Under the pieces are notes generated by a model that did not search any database, was not told where the DNA came from, and worked only from the letters and a program-made list of their open reading frames with translations. Below are positions 63,041-64,000 of a stretch of DNA of 64,000 nt, in pieces. The stretch is from Octopus bimaculoides (taxonomy: Eukaryota), in the NCBI RefSeq assembly GCF_001194135.2, contig NC_068983.1, positions 71,069,931 through 71,133,930 on the forward strand, in the 5' to 3' direction. Position 1 is the first letter of the stretch. Every line of letters begins with the position of its first letter. The position numbers and the translations under genes are program-made.

Positions 63041-64000
63041 CACCCAAAAGAAACCGGAATTTTGCAATATTATTTTACTCACTTTAGTTTTACGTGTTTA
63101 CACTTTAATCGCTTTCAAAGTGGTCTTCTTTTGAAGTAATGTATCGGTCCATACGTGTTTTCCACTGTTCGAAGCAGTCCTAGAACTCTTCACCTCTTCC
63201 ACATCTCCAAATCCTTTTCCTTTAAGGGCTTTCTCATTCGGAGGGGAAATAGGTGCAAGGAGCAAGATCGAGTGATTAGACAGTGGGTTAGCGTGGTCAT
63301 GCTATTTTTGGCAAAATCTGTCTCACAATGAAGGTGGTGTGCGCAGATGCATTGTCGTGACGAAACTATCACTCTCTACTTTGCCACAGGTTGGGGTGTT
63401 TTCGTCCCACCGCGTCTCGCTAACGCTTAAGAAATTGTAAAACATCTGTAAAAGTAAAATGCTTAAGAAATTGTAAAACGTCTGGTTAGCCGTTTGACCA
63501 AAAGCAACAGATTCTGTGTGGACAATTCCTTTCCCATCAATGAAACAAACCAACATCGTCTGACGCGCTTTTTGTGGGCGTGGTGACATCGAATGCTTCA
63601 ATTGACTTCATTGCTGCTTCGTTTCCAGGTCGTAGCAGTAGCATCAGATTTCGTCACCATCGGAAAATGGTCTGGATCAACTTCTAGCTGTTCTTTCAGT
63701 TCACGACACACATTCAGTCGTGACTACCTTTGATCTTCTGCGAGCGAGCGAGGCATAAATTTTGTTGCAACGCTTTTCGTTTGCAATTCCTCGCTCAAAA
63801 TTTGTTAGCAGGAGCTCCAGGATACACCAGCCATATCAATAAGTTCGCAAATTGTTCGGCGACGGTCCTCCAAGATCAGATCATGAATTTTCGTGAAGTT
63901 TTCGTTCGGAAAGAAAACGGTCGCCCTGAACGAAAACTACTCCTAAGCTTGTGTCTTGCTTATGGCAGCGTCTTTGTGAGCTGTTTGAAGCATGACAACT
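63036..64000 (-). mobile_element. Mariner transposon, degenerate, continuing beyond the window
   Basis: SGRP..IHDLILEDRRRTICEL..KFMPRSL..CRELKEQLE..TMLVCFIDGKGIVH..HDNASAHT..SLDLAPC. A TIR-like gggcacccaaaagaaaccggaattt lies at ~63038. Confidence 0.9.

Overview
AT-rich, microsatellite-dense animal genomic DNA from a draft assembly with about 20 N gaps, nearly all flanked by microsatellites. The SINE families and repeat landscape suggest an octopus genome (inference from recalled repeat consensus, not a database search). No complete host gene, rRNA, tRNA gene or CRISPR array is supported. The window is mostly intronic or intergenic and holds fossils of several element types. Penelope-like retroelements (PLEs): one RT fragment, three GIY-YIG endonuclease fragments and several pLTR-like pieces. 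R4/Dong-clade RLE LINEs sit in microsatellite arrays. DNA transposons: one Tigger/pogo, three mariner and one possible Mutator-like remnant, plus four MITE-like elements. Two tRNA-derived SINE families are also present. The main signal is a set of at least seven minimal type I hammerhead ribozyme (HHR)-like motifs in six sequence-distinct families. Each family has its own short, mostly palindromic stem III, as in the dimer-acting HHRs known from PLEs. The motif at 55907-55958 (-) has a fully canonical core. The motif at 55290-55378 (+) is nearly intact and lies directly downstream of a PLE endonuclease ORF. Two more form the arms of a ~620 bp inverted repeat. Also notable are same-strand stacks of R4/Dong fragments in (TAA)n arrays, a separate R4-type stack in (TACA)n arrays, and a Merlin-like MITE with perfect 37-bp TIRs and an 8-bp TSD. 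A few low-confidence candidate host exons remain. Most ORFs in the supplied track are microsatellite or gap artefacts.
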